Below are positions 40,518 to 40,570 of a stretch of DNA of 40,570 bases, one piece after another. Source of the DNA: Deferrisomatales bacterium (GTDB lineage Bacteria; Desulfobacterota; Deferrisomatia; Deferrisomatales; JACRMM01). The first letter of the stretch is position 1; the number at the start of each line of letters is the position of its first letter. A program made the translations under genes and the position numbers. Location of the stretch: assembly GCA_033551855.1 (NCBI GenBank), contig JAWSUI010000033.1, positions 1-40,570 of the forward strand, read 5' to 3'. The notes under the pieces were generated by a model. It saw only the letters and a list, made by a program, of their open reading frames with translations. It made no database searches and was not told where the DNA came from.

Positions 40518-40570
40518 CTAACGAGGCTCCGCCTCAGACCGTCGAGGCGTGGGTTTCAGAAACATAGAGG
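40518..40570. repeat. Right copy of the 53-bp terminal inverted repeat
   Basis: Exact reverse complement of 2..54. Confidence 0.95.

Overview
This is a chromosomal window from a GC-rich Gram-negative bacterium, most likely a deltaproteobacterial lineage such as Desulfobacterota (inferred from the PurS-PurL fusion, DUF4416, DUF2155 and gene order). Every real gene I can support is on the minus strand. In transcription order (right to left) it holds: (1) a ~24 kb LPS core/surface-glycan locus with Trm112/YcaR, GT2, GT4 and GT9 glycosyltransferases, a doubly frameshifted msbA-like ABC transporter, two LPS kinases, heptose-7-P kinase, an aminotransferase/acetyltransferase/methyltransferase module, a polysaccharide deacetylase, Wzi and an embedded Phd-VapC toxin-antitoxin pair; (2) DUF4416-yicC-dnaE; (3) a tRNA-Ser/Ser/Arg cluster with a lipoprotein gene inside it; (4) an MBL hydrolase-purB-purL-purQ-purF-pyrE-lipoprotein operon. 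Non-obvious structure includes a perfect 53-bp inverted repeat joining the two window ends and a ~155-nt rod-like hairpin element near the left end. Degenerate 7-mer/9-mer tandem arrays, often as inverted pairs, fill many operon-internal spacers. Several decayed gene duplicates suggest the LPS locus is being remodelled, including an old deacetylase gene apparently split by a ~4 kb insert. No CRISPR, rRNA, integrase or transposase gene was seen. All protein calls rest on motif recognition only; no database searches were run.
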